From Octopus sinensis (taxonomy: Eukaryota): DNA of 64,000 nucleotides. Of the stretch, positions 26,636-40,685 are shown in pieces. The stretch covers positions 170,996,001 through 171,060,000 of the forward strand of contig NC_042999.1 of assembly GCF_006345805.1 (NCBI RefSeq), read 5' to 3'. The notes beneath the pieces were generated by a model that saw only the letters and a list, made by a program, of their open reading frames with translations, did not search any database and was not told where the DNA came from. Position numbers and translations under genes: made by a program. Every line of letters starts with the position of its first letter. The first letter of the stretch is position 1.

Positions 26636-28039
26636 TGTGCGTGCGTCGTTGCGTGTGCGCATATGTGAGTCAAACAAAATTACTTTTGTTAATGTTGTTG
26701 CTATTATTGCAGCCACTGTCAGACTGATCAAATAAATCTATACTGATAGCCATTTGATTTATAACTATGGAATTAAACTGGAGCATACTTTTGCTATAGC
26801 TCCAAATTAAGTTCAGAGAACTTATTGCTTGTTTCCCCGAACATTTGCGCGAATATCAATATTACCATCCAGAATGGCAACTAACCCTAAAACGTGGGCT
26901 ATCTCACCATTATGTAATAAGGATTAACGAATTAATTCTGAAATTCTTTGTAAACGTTACAGCCTTGGCTATTTTCTTTTTCCTTCATTTTATCATGGAA
27001 GCAGCATTTTGTAGTTTATCTCTTTTACATACCGTTTCCTATTTGAAATTAATAACTGCATTAAATAGGCTGCGTTGCTCCCGAAGAAAAGTAGTAATAA
27101 GCATCATTGTATATTCTCATTCAAATAATTATCAGGATATGTGATCACACGTGCTTTTGATTTCACAAAATGCCTCAACAAAGAATGCTAATTAATGCTT
27201 TCCCCAGTTGTTACAATTCAACAATTATAAGCGAATTAATATTATGATAAGCCTTAATTATGCATATCTTAAGTTAAATACATAATATCTGAGGCCATGC
27301 AGATTTCGTTGCATTTTAGTTACATGAACCAAAGGGAATTTTTCTCTATTTTCATATACAGAAACTCTTTCTTCCTCCCACTCTCGTTCTGTAATTTGCT
27401 CCGTTATCTGCATCCTTCTGCATGCATTCCTGCCTTCACGAACTTATGCATGTGAGAAAGGTCTGCGTTTATATGTGCAATCGTGTATGCGCATGTGTTT
27501 GAGCATATGTGTATGCACTTATAATTAAATGTATGCATGCAGTTAGGATTCAAGTCTAATGCTAAGAAATAAACTTGCCGGAGAAAAACATCGCTTTTCG
27601 GAGAATATTTCATTAAATTTACAATCTCTCTTCACGGAAGATAACGACTGCTACTGTTCAATAAAACTGTAAAGTATACGATCCAAAGCACAAGACTGCT
27701 TCACAAAAGTCGAAGAGAAGCAACGAGAAGATTTCGAAACTGCCAGCAGTTAACGACTTTCGACTCCATTTAATTTATAATAATATAATACTAGTAGGAC
27801 CTGGGGAAATTCCACGATGTAAGTCATTATATTTGAAAACTTTACGTTAATATATTAAATGCAGGAAAGGAATTTCAAACGGCGGGGAGGGGAGATAATT
27901 TTTTTGAAATCCTACCATTTAATCAAAACCATACTTTCAAATATATTTCATTTCTGTTGCTTATCTATTTTTATATCTAATTTAACTCCCTGTTTGGATA
28001 TCTATTGATATATCTTTAGTCTCTATTATCTAAATATCC

Positions 28040-28091
<52 letters not shown>

Positions 28092-30489
28092 GTCTATTTA
28101 TCCGTCTAATTAACAATCATATCTAATTTTCATTCTGTCAATGCATGTATCTGTCTACTCTCATAATACCGATATACATTGAAACCAAATAAAAAAAATG
28201 GATAATGCCGATGCCCCGGCAACACTTCTGCCCTTATTCTGGATCACATAAAAGATAAAAATGTAACATCCACAACTATTTGCAAACTAAGATTATTTCA
28301 ATTTAATTTAACAATCTTTTGATACATCTTTTAATGCATAAATTTATAGACCTTCATGACATTTTTTCATTATGCTAAAGAATTCGATGCTACATGTTAT
28401 TTGATACAACAGAAGGATGATATTGACATTCTCCCTCTTTTCAGTCTGTCTTCCTTTCTTTCTGTCTTACTTTCTTCCGCTCTATCTTTCCCTTCCTCCT
28501 CCTCTCTCTTTCTCGAGCATTTTCTTTTTCTATTCTTCACTAAATCCACTTTTTCCGTTCCTATATTTTTCTTCCTTGCTCTCCCTTCTCCCTCTTCTCT
28601 GTACATATCTTTCTCTATACGAGTTATAACCTCCCTTGGCTTCACACATGGAGAAGTCAGTCAGGCCACAGAAACAAGCAGAATGATATAGAAGTTAGCT
28701 TCATATTTGCATTTGCGTATATTAATCACACCCCACACTTTTAGCTCCCAATTTCATTCGATCCTTTTCAAACTTGCTGTCACGTTTGAAATATTAGCAT
28801 GCTCTATATCGCTCTCTCTCTTGTTACAAATCTTCCCCTCTGTGCTCGTCAATTTTGCCCTCATCTCTGGCGTCTCTTTCCCATGACTCATTTCTTCTGT
28901 ATGTCTCTCTCTTTATTTTAACTCAATGTCCCTTCATGCAATTTTGCCTTCGCTAACATGTATGTGGGAAAGAAATTCTGCATATCCATATGTGTGCATG
29001 CCTTTTCAGGGCATACTGAGCTACGCTTCAAATGTAAAGGGGAGTTCTTGAATACTACCTTCATGCACACAAATTTGTTTTGACGACGTGGTCACATGCT
29101 AGTTGAAATGTATAACGATACAATCCATATTTACTCACCTCACCCATGGCCAATATTAATCCATTGCCGTTCATCTTTACCTCGTATTTCACCGACGTTC
29201 ACTTTGCTATTTATCCTTTCGAGGTTGATAAAATGAGTACCAGTTGATGACTAGGGTTCATATAATCGACTCAGCCCTTTCTCTGAAATTGCTGAACTTT
29301 TGCCAAAATCTGAACCAATATTACCCCATGGGGAACAATTCTTCCTTTGCTTTCAGTTCTTCCACTCTCCACCTCAAAATACGTTGACTACGTATTTTAA
29401 GCACCTTCCTATTAATGAGTCAACCTATTGCCAATATATAACTAGCGCTAAAGAGACTTTGGGCTTCCAGCTTGCATTTTGGAAGAGTTGTCACTATTTA
29501 TTAATGGTAATATTCTCTGCGAAACCGACAGTAACATTTGTAGCCAGTTACATGTGATAATCAGCGCCATATTAGTTTCGATGTCGTATATTAAAAGCCG
29601 TGTTTCCAGTTTCGTAAAATATTATAACCCTTAAGGAAGTAAGTTAAATCATAAGAAAGTGTTGTTTGATATGGAACTAGCCACAAACAACTATCTCAAG
29701 TGTTTGATAGGTTTTGTGCCTTTTTGTTTATATAATAAATTTTCATGTGTGGTTCGCGTGTCTCTGTTTCATGTTTTCTCCGATATATTTGCTATACCGT
29801 ATTTATGTTTGTATTCTTCAACAGCTCTGCCCATTTGTTTATTAGAATATCCGTTGTCAATTAATGTTTGTTTAATTCTATGTATTTCCTTCTCTAATGC
29901 ATTGTTTATGGGCGAAAATATAAATGGTCTTCTGAGGAGTGATTTTAGACGTATATGTATTCAAAGTCTCAATCTCAGCATGTGTGTTTGCTTGATTCTT
30001 CTTGATTGACAGTTACTTTGGATGTGAAATTCTAGTACAGATTTGGTTTTTAAACTTTCCTTTAATCCCTCATCTTCTTTAGAGTATCCCTTGCAACTAG
30101 TAAATCGTCTATGTTGCTGGGGTATATCATGTGTTTATACTCTGGTATTATTCTGTTAGGTAGAATGCAAAATACAAGTTCTATAGAGAATCCATGTCGA
30201 CTACATCAGTTTGTTTCTAAAACTTGGCTTGTTTGTAGCAAAAACGTACTTCACTTGTGCATATCGTAAGGGATATTTTTCAAACGGTTTGCTGGAATCG
30301 TGGGTGGTTTTATATCAAAGTATTTATATACGAAATTTATGATTTCTATCATTTCTACCACAGGTACATTCGTGAACAAACGTTTTATATCTAACGTGGA
30401 TACGGTACTTGCTACATGATCTATTCCACAGCATTACACCACAAACTACAAAAAAAGAAGTTCAATAGAAAAATATTGTGTTGAGTCAA

Positions 30490-30900
30490 GAATTTTGCAA
30501 TATTTGGTAATTGTTTGCTTTTTTCAAGTTATAACAAAAGCAGCCTAGATTTCAAATTAGAGGCCATCGTGTTGCGCTGTTTGAAGCCACCTTTTTGTCA
30601 GATTTTTTATCCCAGTTCTTGTCCTTAGTGGCAAAGAACTCCTTCACTGAAGCTTCCAACACCTCTTGGATGATGAATCAAATTTTGAACGATACATAGT
30701 TTTTATCTGTTTACGTGTGTGTGTCAGATGGAGCATCATGAGTGCAGGAAGTGAGCCATGGATCGGAACAATAATAACTCGGAAGAGGTCCGTTTGGATT
30801 ATATGCTGTGTGTGTATCCAGTCCAACTCTTGATAAGAAAACTGTAAATGCACAAAAGCGTCGGACATGGATATAGGAAATTTACTAATCCAAAGCATCT
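30490..30900 (-). mobile_element. mariner (DD34D-type) transposase C-terminal relic
   Basis: Minus-strand H-AYNP...YY/FRSMAHFL...VKEFFATKDKNW...KRWLQTAQHDGL resembles the HPxYSPDLAPSDYxLFRSM...RW consensus. Confidence 0.7.
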
Positions 30901-31004
30901 GTAAAAACTAATAAGAATACAGAAAATGCGAAATAAAAACGAAATGACTTGAACGCACTTACGTAATCAATGAAACATGTATAAAAAAGATACTCTTCAT
31001 ATAT

Positions 31005-31066
<62 letters not shown>

Positions 31067-34000
31067 ACATTTCCCATTAATGCTAAGATTAAATACATTT
31101 AATGTGTACATTATTTCATATGTACCACTGCAAGTAGAATGGAAAGCATGAATGGACACATTTTAATGCATTATTACCTGCGTATAGTTTCTTAACAGGA
31201 ATTATACATTTCGCCTATTTTCAAAAAAGAAAAAAAAAAAAAAACACTTGTTGAGAGATTTTATTTACCATCTTAATTCAAGCCTGGATTTTCAGCTGAA
31301 TTGATTTACAAATTGGATTCTTTAACATTGTAGAAAAAACTCTAAGGAGATAACTCAAATTTTAAATGATCATCTTGTGAAAATTTCTATAAATTTGCTA
31401 TCCAATATGTTTTAAGGTCGTGAATGTGCATCGTGTATTTATGTTTTTGTGTATCGTGACGCACAGTATAAAACCCAATGGCTACAAAATTATCTTCTCT
31501 ACTACGAGAACTCTGGTTCGATCTGAGTCTGTTGCATGAAAACAAGTATCTGTTTCCTTATTATTCTTATGGCTTTTCTATCTGTAAAATAAAATAATTA
31601 TCACTAAAATGTTAGCTTTATTTTAGCCATATGTCATAAAATACTTTCTTCAACAATGAAAATAATTTATACGATCATAACTAAAAATGAATTGAATAAA
31701 TGCTGAAATCAATAGTATTGCCGACGCCAGTAGTACAAAAAAACTGCAATCTGTTAAAAACTACGTATTCTCCTTACATTATATTTAAAACATAATCTTA
31801 GATGCGTGTTAGTGCAATCCTATCACTTATACAGGTTGCACCAGGCAATCGAGAAGAAAACAAAACACTTAAACAAAAACACCAAACAAGGAACCGGCAT
31901 ATTCGCCACGAAAGAGATACGACACACACAACTAAATATTTCAATAAACACACTATTGAACAGAAACGTGCTCGCTCTAAGGAACTATACCAGCTTTGCA
32001 CAGTAAGGAAAGCGACTGAATTGAAGGCTCACACTGGCTACTATCTAACCTCTCATAACAGTCATACCAGCTGATGCCAACGTATTTTGTAGTCCTGAGT
32101 CAGCAGATAGTTCCATCTGAAGATATATGGAACAGTCTATGTCATTCAAATTATAATGTTAAGAGGTATCATGATCTTAGTATTACATGCCAATACAGTT
32201 CTTACGAAACTGTCTTCTCTTATTCAATGGGAATTGTATGCGATATTCTTGCGCGTCACATTTCTTTACTCTTTCTTATTCTACAATGTCCATCATTCAT
32301 CCACTGAGGTTGCTAGTGATGATCCCCAAAGCTTCATAGATGACCACGTTCATTTTGACACTTCTGATAGATGAGTAATTATGTGTCTTGGTCGTAGGTA
32401 ATCTGTTTCTGTTAAGGGCCTCCAACTTTTACGAAGAACTCGTAGTACAGGACACAGTCAAGAAGCTGGAAATTTTCGAGCCTTATGTTTTGCAGTCAGA
32501 AATACAAGTACGACTTGCGTTTCCAGTTTCTGTATCAAGGTAAAGTCTGCCATGTCGATTTGTTTGTATATGTTTCAGAGATAAATTGGCACCTGCCGCG
32601 GAACATTACATCAAGTCGTCTTCCATTTCTGTCCCGCTAAACTTCTATTTCAAACTTTCGGCACTCTGTGTATAAAGCGATAAAAATTTGTGAAATGAAA
32701 TCCACCTGACCAAATGTCACATCTTAATTAGAGAGCTTGCTCAACATGCTTCCATGGGTCTTATTTGAATGGTTTTCATAGAAATCTTAATTCCAAAGTC
32801 TGTGATGTTAGTTTCGAAAGATATCAAAATCTATAGAAGAGAACGGAAGAATTATGCACAAACCACTGGCAACATCGCTATCAGCACAACTGCATAACAT
32901 CTTATAATCTCTATATGAAACAGTTCTGACAGAATTAATCATTTTCCTAATTTCTCTAAGATAAAATTTCGTTATGAGATTACGGTAAAACGACTAATAT
33001 GATGTTAAAATTTATTCGAAATGTCGCTGAAGACTAAAAGATTATATGAAGATATATCATATTACGTATTGAACAAGAATTACCCGTCTCTGTATATTTG
33101 CCATAGAACTGCTAGAAGATGCAATATACATACTCACAAAAATAATAAGATAACTTAAGGAATACGGATGGATAACAAAAGTAGAGGAATATATCAACAA
33201 GCTGCACCATAAATTCACACGTTTACTTGGTATCATATGTTAAAGATTAATAAGTTTACATCACAATGATATCCAACGATATGTTTATGTTCAATGAGAT
33301 CTAACGATATAAATTTATATTCACTAATGTGATCCAACGATATAAATTAATGTTCAACGTTTCTACATTGCAAAATCTTGAAGGAAAAATACCTACAAAG
33401 ACTGAACTTAAGCAATTCGTTGAAAATCTTATTTATGGATAAGAACAATGTTATGTAGTTACCATTATTCAGGAATTTGCATTTAATTCACGATCTATAC
33501 ATTAGGGGAGGTAAAAACCATAAATACGTTATCCCCGTAAAGAAATCCTTTTCAAGGTCTCAAATTATTTTACTCAGGATATGGAATAAATAATAAGATT
33601 TTAACTATAATGAAGCCTGGTTGAATGCATCAAGAAATTTTGTTCTCACTCTGCTTAGAATTTGCATAATATGAGACATCGAGAAGAAAATTTATAATTG
33701 GGGATTTGGAGATACGAATTCATCTAAACTCGGTGACAGTCGAAAGGAGTTCTTTGCCACTAAGGACTATGAAAGATGAAGATTAAGGTGAAATGAAATG
33801 TAGTGATGAACCTAACTATGTTGATTTGTTACTTAGAAAACTTGCAACAAATAGATTGGTTATTACTTGATATTGTTGCATTTATTAGTAAGAGGAATAG
33901 TTAATGAAATGCCCTCATTGAATTTGTTGACAAGAGCTTACCGGTTGCTGTGCTGGCATCATACTTGTGTTACGCACACATCCTGCTTTTCAGCTATAAA

Positions 34001-35995
34001 TGAGTATTAGAATGCTACATATGTTAGTAATGTGTAAAAATTCGTAAAACAAGATTGCATTGTGCAGTAGAGAATGTATAAAATCGGAGAATATAAATAT
34101 ATAAAAAAACTGGTAATTTACGATGCAATGTACCTCGTAACACGCGCACATACGTTACAAATCTACACATACAAAATAAGACAAAATGGATACCATAACA
34201 TAGATACATACACATAGATATGCTCCACACGTATTTACATATATTACATATAGTGCCGAAAAATAATTACTATAGAGACAGTCACATGTAGACAAATACG
34301 CAGACGTTTGAATCGATGATTGAATCATTATTTGAACAGCTGTTGAGAAGAAGTATGAGATTTCGTCGACAACCGGTGATTGGAAAACACTTAATGTGAC
34401 TATATTATTGTTATTACATTTAAATGGAAAATCTCAAATACTCACTGCAAATAGCTATTCGTATTTGACAAGTTAGAGTTTACATTGAATACATAATCAT
34501 CACATCAATATTATGTTGGTTACTTTGCATCGAGAAAAGTTTTACTGCATTGTCATTTTTGGCCATTACCATTATTCAATATATTACACACTGAGAACTG
34601 AAAAACAAACTAATATGTCGAATTAACACGCACAGAATAACTCGATCATTAGCGAATTGTAATATCATTATAGTAAACACAGATATCAGCAAACGATTTT
34701 TCTTGATGACATACATATACTTGGATTATTGGGGAAATGGAATGGCGAAGTGGATATTGGGGATTCTTCTTAACCTGTGAAATTTTCACGTACAATCGGT
34801 CACTGATACTGTTTCTACTATCTTGTGTCTTACGCAAAGTCGTGCGTAATGAATTGAATTCTACAATTTACATAAAAGTAAAGATATGACAAAGGTTAAT
34901 GGTTTTAATGAGTGCATTGACTCCCAGTTTACAAGTGATATGACATTTTGAATCCGTTCTTCAGTACTACTGAAAAGTTCTTTAAGTGTGTACTAAACCA
35001 CAGATGCTGACAAAACCCACACATTCCTGTAAGGCTAGAATGGTTAGAATACAAATGTTGATAAAATAATATAATTATATGATTTCTTGCGGAAAACAGA
35101 CAGACTGCACACGAAGATATACATTCACAAAATGCAGATACAATCGCAGCCGTAGGTTGGCATCGCACAAACTTTAAGGAGAGTAAATACTACCAGGGAG
35201 AACTACACACAAATATTAATAGTTATTGTCGAAGTACACATGTAAGAACAAATTGATAGGAAAAGAAACGAAAATAAATTAATATTTCTTCATTAAATCA
35301 GCAATAACCTACTAGACATTTATATAGAAAACGTACCGATATTCAATTTTGTAACATTAGTAAAGTTTTCATCTGCTTTGATTAGGAGTAAGATTTCAAT
35401 TTTCTTTCTTCTAATGTTGTTTACACTGGCTGTCAATCAATATGTTGCAATACGATTACTCAAAAGAATTAAAATCCATTCGAGTACCGATATAATAGGA
35501 ACTAGTAGGGTACATATTTAATTTTTTTGTTCATATAACCAGGATTTGAAAATATTCAAGAAGTTATAAACGAGATTGTGGAATAAAGATTCAGAAAAAC
35601 TTTCATATATGTTTATGCATATAAGTTTTCCTTTAATATAAATATATTCAATTTAAACAAGAGACGACGTAAATGGATATTTCGTTTCATTCGTATGTTT
35701 TCTTTTATCATTTCCCAAAAGAAAGATCAGCAAATAAATAACAAAACCATATATTTAATTAAGAAATGCTAAATCCCATTTTTGAATACACACACACACA
35801 CACACATACACACAATTGCGAATTAAATGTTCAGAATGTGTGCGAATTAAATGTTCAAAATGTGTGCTGCCATATTTCTAAGGAAGGGAGCTGAGGGAAA
35901 GAAAGCATTCAACTAAGCAAATATCGAGTGTTAACTACACACAGGGAAGATAAATCGAATAAGCCACAGGTTAACACACTCATATCTCTTCTACT

Positions 35996-36140
35996 GTTTA
36001 CTCTTTTACTTGTTTCAGTCATTTGACTGCGGCCATTCTGGAGCACCGCCTTTAGTCGAGCAAATTGACCCCAGGACTTATTGTTTGTAAGCCTAGTACT
36101 TAGTCTATCGGTCTCTTTTGCCGAACCGCTATGTTACGGG
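35996..36140 (-). mobile_element. SINE family B; partial copies at 6690-6805 and 24196-24250
   Basis: ttactcttttacttgtttcagtcatttgactgcggccat-ctggagcaccgcctttagtcgagcaaattgaccccaggactt...gccgaaccgct recurs; shares a ggggtcga core with family A. Confidence 0.85.
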
Positions 36141-36267
36141 GGGTCTAAAGGCTATAGTAGAAGACATTTGCCCAAGGTGCCACGCAGTGGGACTGAACTG
36201 GGAACCATGTGGTTGGTAAGCAAGCTACATACCACAGAGCCACTCGTGCACATATATATGTGTTGGT

Positions 36268-36415
36268 ATGTGGTAAGTAGTTTGCTTACCAAACACATGG
36301 ACCTGGTTCAAGTCCCAATGTGTGACACCTTGGGCAAGCGTCTTCCACTATAGCCTCGGTCCGACCAAATTTTGTGAGTGGGTTTGGTAGACGGAAACTG
36401 AAAGAAGACTTTCGT
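36268..36415 (+). mobile_element. tRNA-headed SINE family C; other copies at 7407-7568 (-), 36150-36245 (-), 49545-49700 (-)
   Basis: gtggtaag..gtttgctt.ccaa.cacatgg..ctgg-ttca.gtccca.tg.gtg.caccttgggcaag.gtctt..actatagcctcg recurs four times. Confidence 0.85.
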
Positions 36416-36508
36416 ATACATACACACACGCACACAGATGTATATATATATATATTATATATATATTATATATATATATAATATATATATATATATGTAT
36501 ATGCATAT

Positions 36509-36584
<76 letters not shown>

Positions 36585-36741
36585 GTATATGCATATATAT
36601 ATATATATATAGTCTATATTTTCGATATGGATTATATATAGGTTATATATGGATTATATACTTATATTTTTTCATTTATACTTTAATTATTTAAAAGTAT
36701 TATTTTTATATTTTAAAATTTTGATTTTTTAGATTGGAAGT

Positions 36742-36784
36742 CCACCTGAAGATTGTCGATCAAGACAAGAAACGATTGTAGTGG
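36742..36784 (+). ncRNA. Minimal type-I hammerhead ribozyme, complete core
   Basis: CCAC-CUGAAGA-UUGUC(GAUCAA)GACAA-GAAAC-GAUU-GUA-GUGG: 4-bp stem I, 5-bp stem II, near-palindromic stem III (ACGAUUGU), GUA triplet. Confidence 0.82.
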
Positions 36785-36868
36785 CGGTTTTTTTGACTAT
36801 TTATTAATTTATGTATTGATTAAGTCTTTCCTTGTTTGTTTTGCAAAATAGTGGTTTTGTCTCAAATA

Positions 36869-36917
<49 letters not shown>

Positions 36918-37289
36918 GAGAATTCACAAAAAAAGAAAAACAGAAGGCGAAGACGGGTGGCGTAGACATCAAACAGATGTATTAGTATAACGCTCGGGAA
37001 GTGAAAAATTCTATAACTTTTCGAGTCTACGCTTTTCCACAGAAAGGAGCACAGAAAGAAACAAGAAAATAAAGAATATGTAGTGCCTAGCGATCTATCA
37101 TGGCCAATGATATGTATATTTATATATATATATATATATATATAATGTAGATTCAGATGAATATGGTACTTAAATTGAGGCACCAGAATTTAGTATGGTA
37201 TTAACCATACAATTTCAAAATAAGGTGATTAAAATCAAAATAAGCAATATTATATCTGCATTACCTCTGGATATCCTTGTTGCTTATTT

Positions 37290-37291
37290 TG

Positions 37292-37328
<37 letters not shown>

Positions 37329-37845
37329 CATATATATTTGTATATATATATATATGTATCTCTTTCCCTTCTCTCTCTCTATATATATATATACATGAGT
37401 ATATAAGTATGTATGTGCAAGTGTGTATATATATATATATACCGCAACGACTGGCCTCCGTGCTGAGGGCACGTAACAAAAACCATCCGAGCGTGGCCGT
37501 CCGCCAGCCCCGTCTGGCACCTGTGTCGGTGACACATAAGAAAACACCATCCGAGCGTGGCCGTCAGCCAGCCTCGTCTGGCACCTGTGTCGGTGGCACA
37601 TAAAAAACACCATCCGAGCGTGGCCGTCTGCCAGCCTCGTCTGGCACCTGTGTCGGTGGCACATAAAATCACCCACTACACTCTCGGAGTGGTTGGCGTT
37701 AGGAAGGGCATCCAGCTGTAGAAACACTGCCAGATCTGACTGGCCTGGTGCAGCCTTCGGGCTTGCCAGACCCCAGTTGAACCGTCCAACCTATGCTAGC
37801 ATGGAAAGCGGACGTTAACGATGATGATGATGATATATATATATA

Positions 37846-37918
<73 letters not shown>

Positions 37919-38430
37919 TACATATATATTTGTATATATATATATATGTATCTCTTTCCCTTCTCTCTCTCTATATATATATATACATGAGTATATAAGT
38001 ATGTATGTGCAAGTGTGTATATATATATATATACCGCAACGACTGGCCTCCGTGCTGAGGGCACGTAACAAAAACCATCCGAGCGTGGCCGTCCGCCAGC
38101 CCCGTCTGGCACCTGTGTCGGTGACACATAAGAAAACACCATCCGAGCGTGGCCGTCAGCCAGCCTCGTCTGGCACCTGTGTCGGTGGCACATAAAAAAC
38201 ACCATCCGAGCGTGGCCGTCTGCCAGCCTCGTCTGGCACCTGTGTCGGTGGCACATAAAATCACCACTACACTCTCGGAGTGGTTGGCGTTAGGAAGGGC
38301 ATCCAGCTGTAGAAACACTGCCAGATCTGACTGGCCTGGTGCAGCCTTCGGGCTTGCCAGACCCCAGTTGAACCGTCCAACCTATGCTAGCATGGAAAGC
38401 GGACGTTAAACGATGATGATGATGATGATG
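37290..38430 (+). repeat. Near-identical direct duplication (592-bp period) of microsatellite plus the 3' part of the 44-46-kb retroposon family
   Basis: accgcaacgactgg at 37441 and 38033; private variants shared; one C-run indel (acccac vs accac). Confidence 0.95.
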
Positions 38431-38446
38431 ATATATATATATATAT

Positions 38447-38524
<78 letters not shown>

Positions 38525-38624
38525 TGCAAATGTTTAAATGTGTGTTTATGCACACACACACATATATATACTCATATATGTATGTATATCGAGAGGACAG
38601 AGAGGGAGAGATAGATAGATAAGT

Positions 38625-38692
<68 letters not shown>

Positions 38693-39360
38693 CCGGAAGA
38701 GGGAGATAGAAAGAAAGAACGAAAGAAATTAGGGGTGATGCAAAAAGTTCATCCCAAAAATGTAAAGCAATATTAGAAAAATAAAAGTAAATGTTAAGAA
38801 ATTTCGCAATAAACTTGTTTAAATTTCCCAAGAGGAAATTAAGAAATTAGTATTCTCAGATTTGTTATATTGTTGAAAGATAATCCAGTTATGTAAAGAC
38901 GCAACACATCTCTATTCTAAATCAGGATAAATACTTCCTTATCAGAACTTGATGTGATTCAGAAAATCATGTTCATAAAATCCCGCATATGTACCACACA
39001 TACCCATGCGCGTGCGCATATGCAGTTCCCACCCCACACGAACCTACACACACACACGCTAACACACACAAAACTGTATGCGCAAAGGGAGCCTTAATCT
39101 CCCTATTTGTGACTGCAAATGTTGTTTATTATATATATAGCATGCGTTTACATATGTGCATATATATATACTGCCTCGGTTCTCGCGGTTAAAATATGTT
39201 TGCTGGATAGACCACGTGGGTGGAATGGGGAGTGCAGAATTTTACGCCTGCGCATTTTGAATTTGTTGACACTGTTAGTTGGAGTGGTTCATCTGAAGCG
39301 ACAAGTCGCTGATAGGTAAAGTTCCTTCTTTTTAGTGTTTCCAAATCCAAATTAAGAAAT

Positions 39361-39423
39361 TTTGAGCTGACGAAAGAAATGCTGATTTTACTTGGCTAAT
39401 CTTGAAACGTTGACGTACTCAAA
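39361..39423 (+). ncRNA. Minimal type-I hammerhead ribozyme, complete core
   Basis: UUUGAG-CUGACGA-AAGA(22 nt)UCUU-GAAACGU-UG-ACGUA-CUCAAA: 6-bp stem I, 4-bp stem II, stem III ACGU/ACGU, GUA triplet. Confidence 0.82.
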
Positions 39424-39689
39424 CGATCTATGTACTTGTGATATTTTTCTGTATTTACCCCCAAACCTTCGTGAGCTGTCTAGAGTAAACATTATCTGAG
39501 AGAAATTTTCTTTAAGTAGTAGAAATGGTAAGAAAATTTTTTTGGCTGCTATTTCTACTAAGTTCAGTATGTGGCAAAGTAATTTATTTTACTAAGCCCT
39601 AATTATATAATGTAATATATATATATATATGTGTGTGTGTGTGTATATATGCATGTATAAGTATGTGTATATGTGAGTGTGTGTGTATA

Positions 39690-39995
39690 TCGGAGACCCC
39701 CTTCGGTCACGCATGACCATGGGATTGTACCTAGAAAGTTACCCTCCGAGGCACAAATCCGGGCAATGTTGTTTATGGAAGACCAGCAGTTGCCCGCCTT
39801 CTCTCCACACCACCAGTGTTATCCAAGGGAAAGGCAAAGGCCGATACAGTTTGGCACCTGTGACGTCGCAACTCATTTCTACAGCTGAGTAAACTGGAGA
39901 AACGTGAAATAAAGTGTCTTGCTCAAGAACAGAACACGCAGCCTGGTCCGGGATTCGAACCCACAACCTCTTGATCCACTGCCACGCACCTTCAC
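39690..39995 (-). mobile_element. tRNA-headed SINE family D; decayed copy at ~455-545
   Basis: Minus strand B-box-like ggttcgaatccc followed by cttgagcaagacactttatttcacg. Confidence 0.75.
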
Positions 39996-40067
39996 TATAT
40001 ATATGTATATATATATATACATATATATATTCTGAGGCAGGGTCTTGCACATACATTGCACAGACAT

Positions 40068-40132
<65 letters not shown>

Positions 40133-40137
40133 CTATA

Positions 40138-40502
40138 TACAATGTCTGTGCAAGACCCTACCTCAGTAAAGCTGGACTCAAGAGTCATCTTCGTAGTCAT
40201 AAAGCGTAACAGATGAGAGACAACCTGGCCACCGGTGGTGGTGGTGTAACACACCATACTAATCATATCTGTCGGGCATGTGGAAGAGAGTGTAATTCGG
40301 TAGGAGGACTTAAACGACATGCAAAGGTACATGAAGCCCAGTTACAACTACAGCCGGTTATAACCGGTAAAGGTATTAGTAGCCAATTCTGTACAAGACA
40401 TTATAGATCTTTAGCTGGGCTAAAATGTCACATTCGATCACAGCACCAGTAACAGTTAAGCTTCGTGCAATGGCCATACTCGATAACGAAGGGGCAGCCA
40501 TA

Positions 40503-40505
<3 letters not shown>
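40138..40505 (+). mobile_element. RTE-like LINE 3' end with three C2H2-type zinc fingers
   Basis: One frame: [22 protein letters not shown]-...[23 protein letters not shown]...SQFCTRHYRSLAGLKCHIRSQH*. No TGEKP linkers; short 3' UTR then (TA)n. Confidence 0.65.
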
Positions 40506-40550
<45 letters not shown>

Positions 40551-40685
40551 CTTGCTCGCTTAGCCAGCGGGGTGGCGTCATTTGAAGGCTAAAACAATGC
40601 GTAGCGCATTGTGACCAGCGATTTGTAGCAACATCTGATAGCCTGGCCGGACACGGTGATCATGGTGATATATATACACTAGCAG

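Noticed and set aside
28397-28645. 82-aa charged ORF upstream of the propeller frame
   Set aside because: Purine-rich low-complexity sequence; no splice or homology support.
32330-32900. Possible mariner N-terminal relic
   Set aside because: Only loose resemblance (HILIRELAQ); not supportable without alignment.
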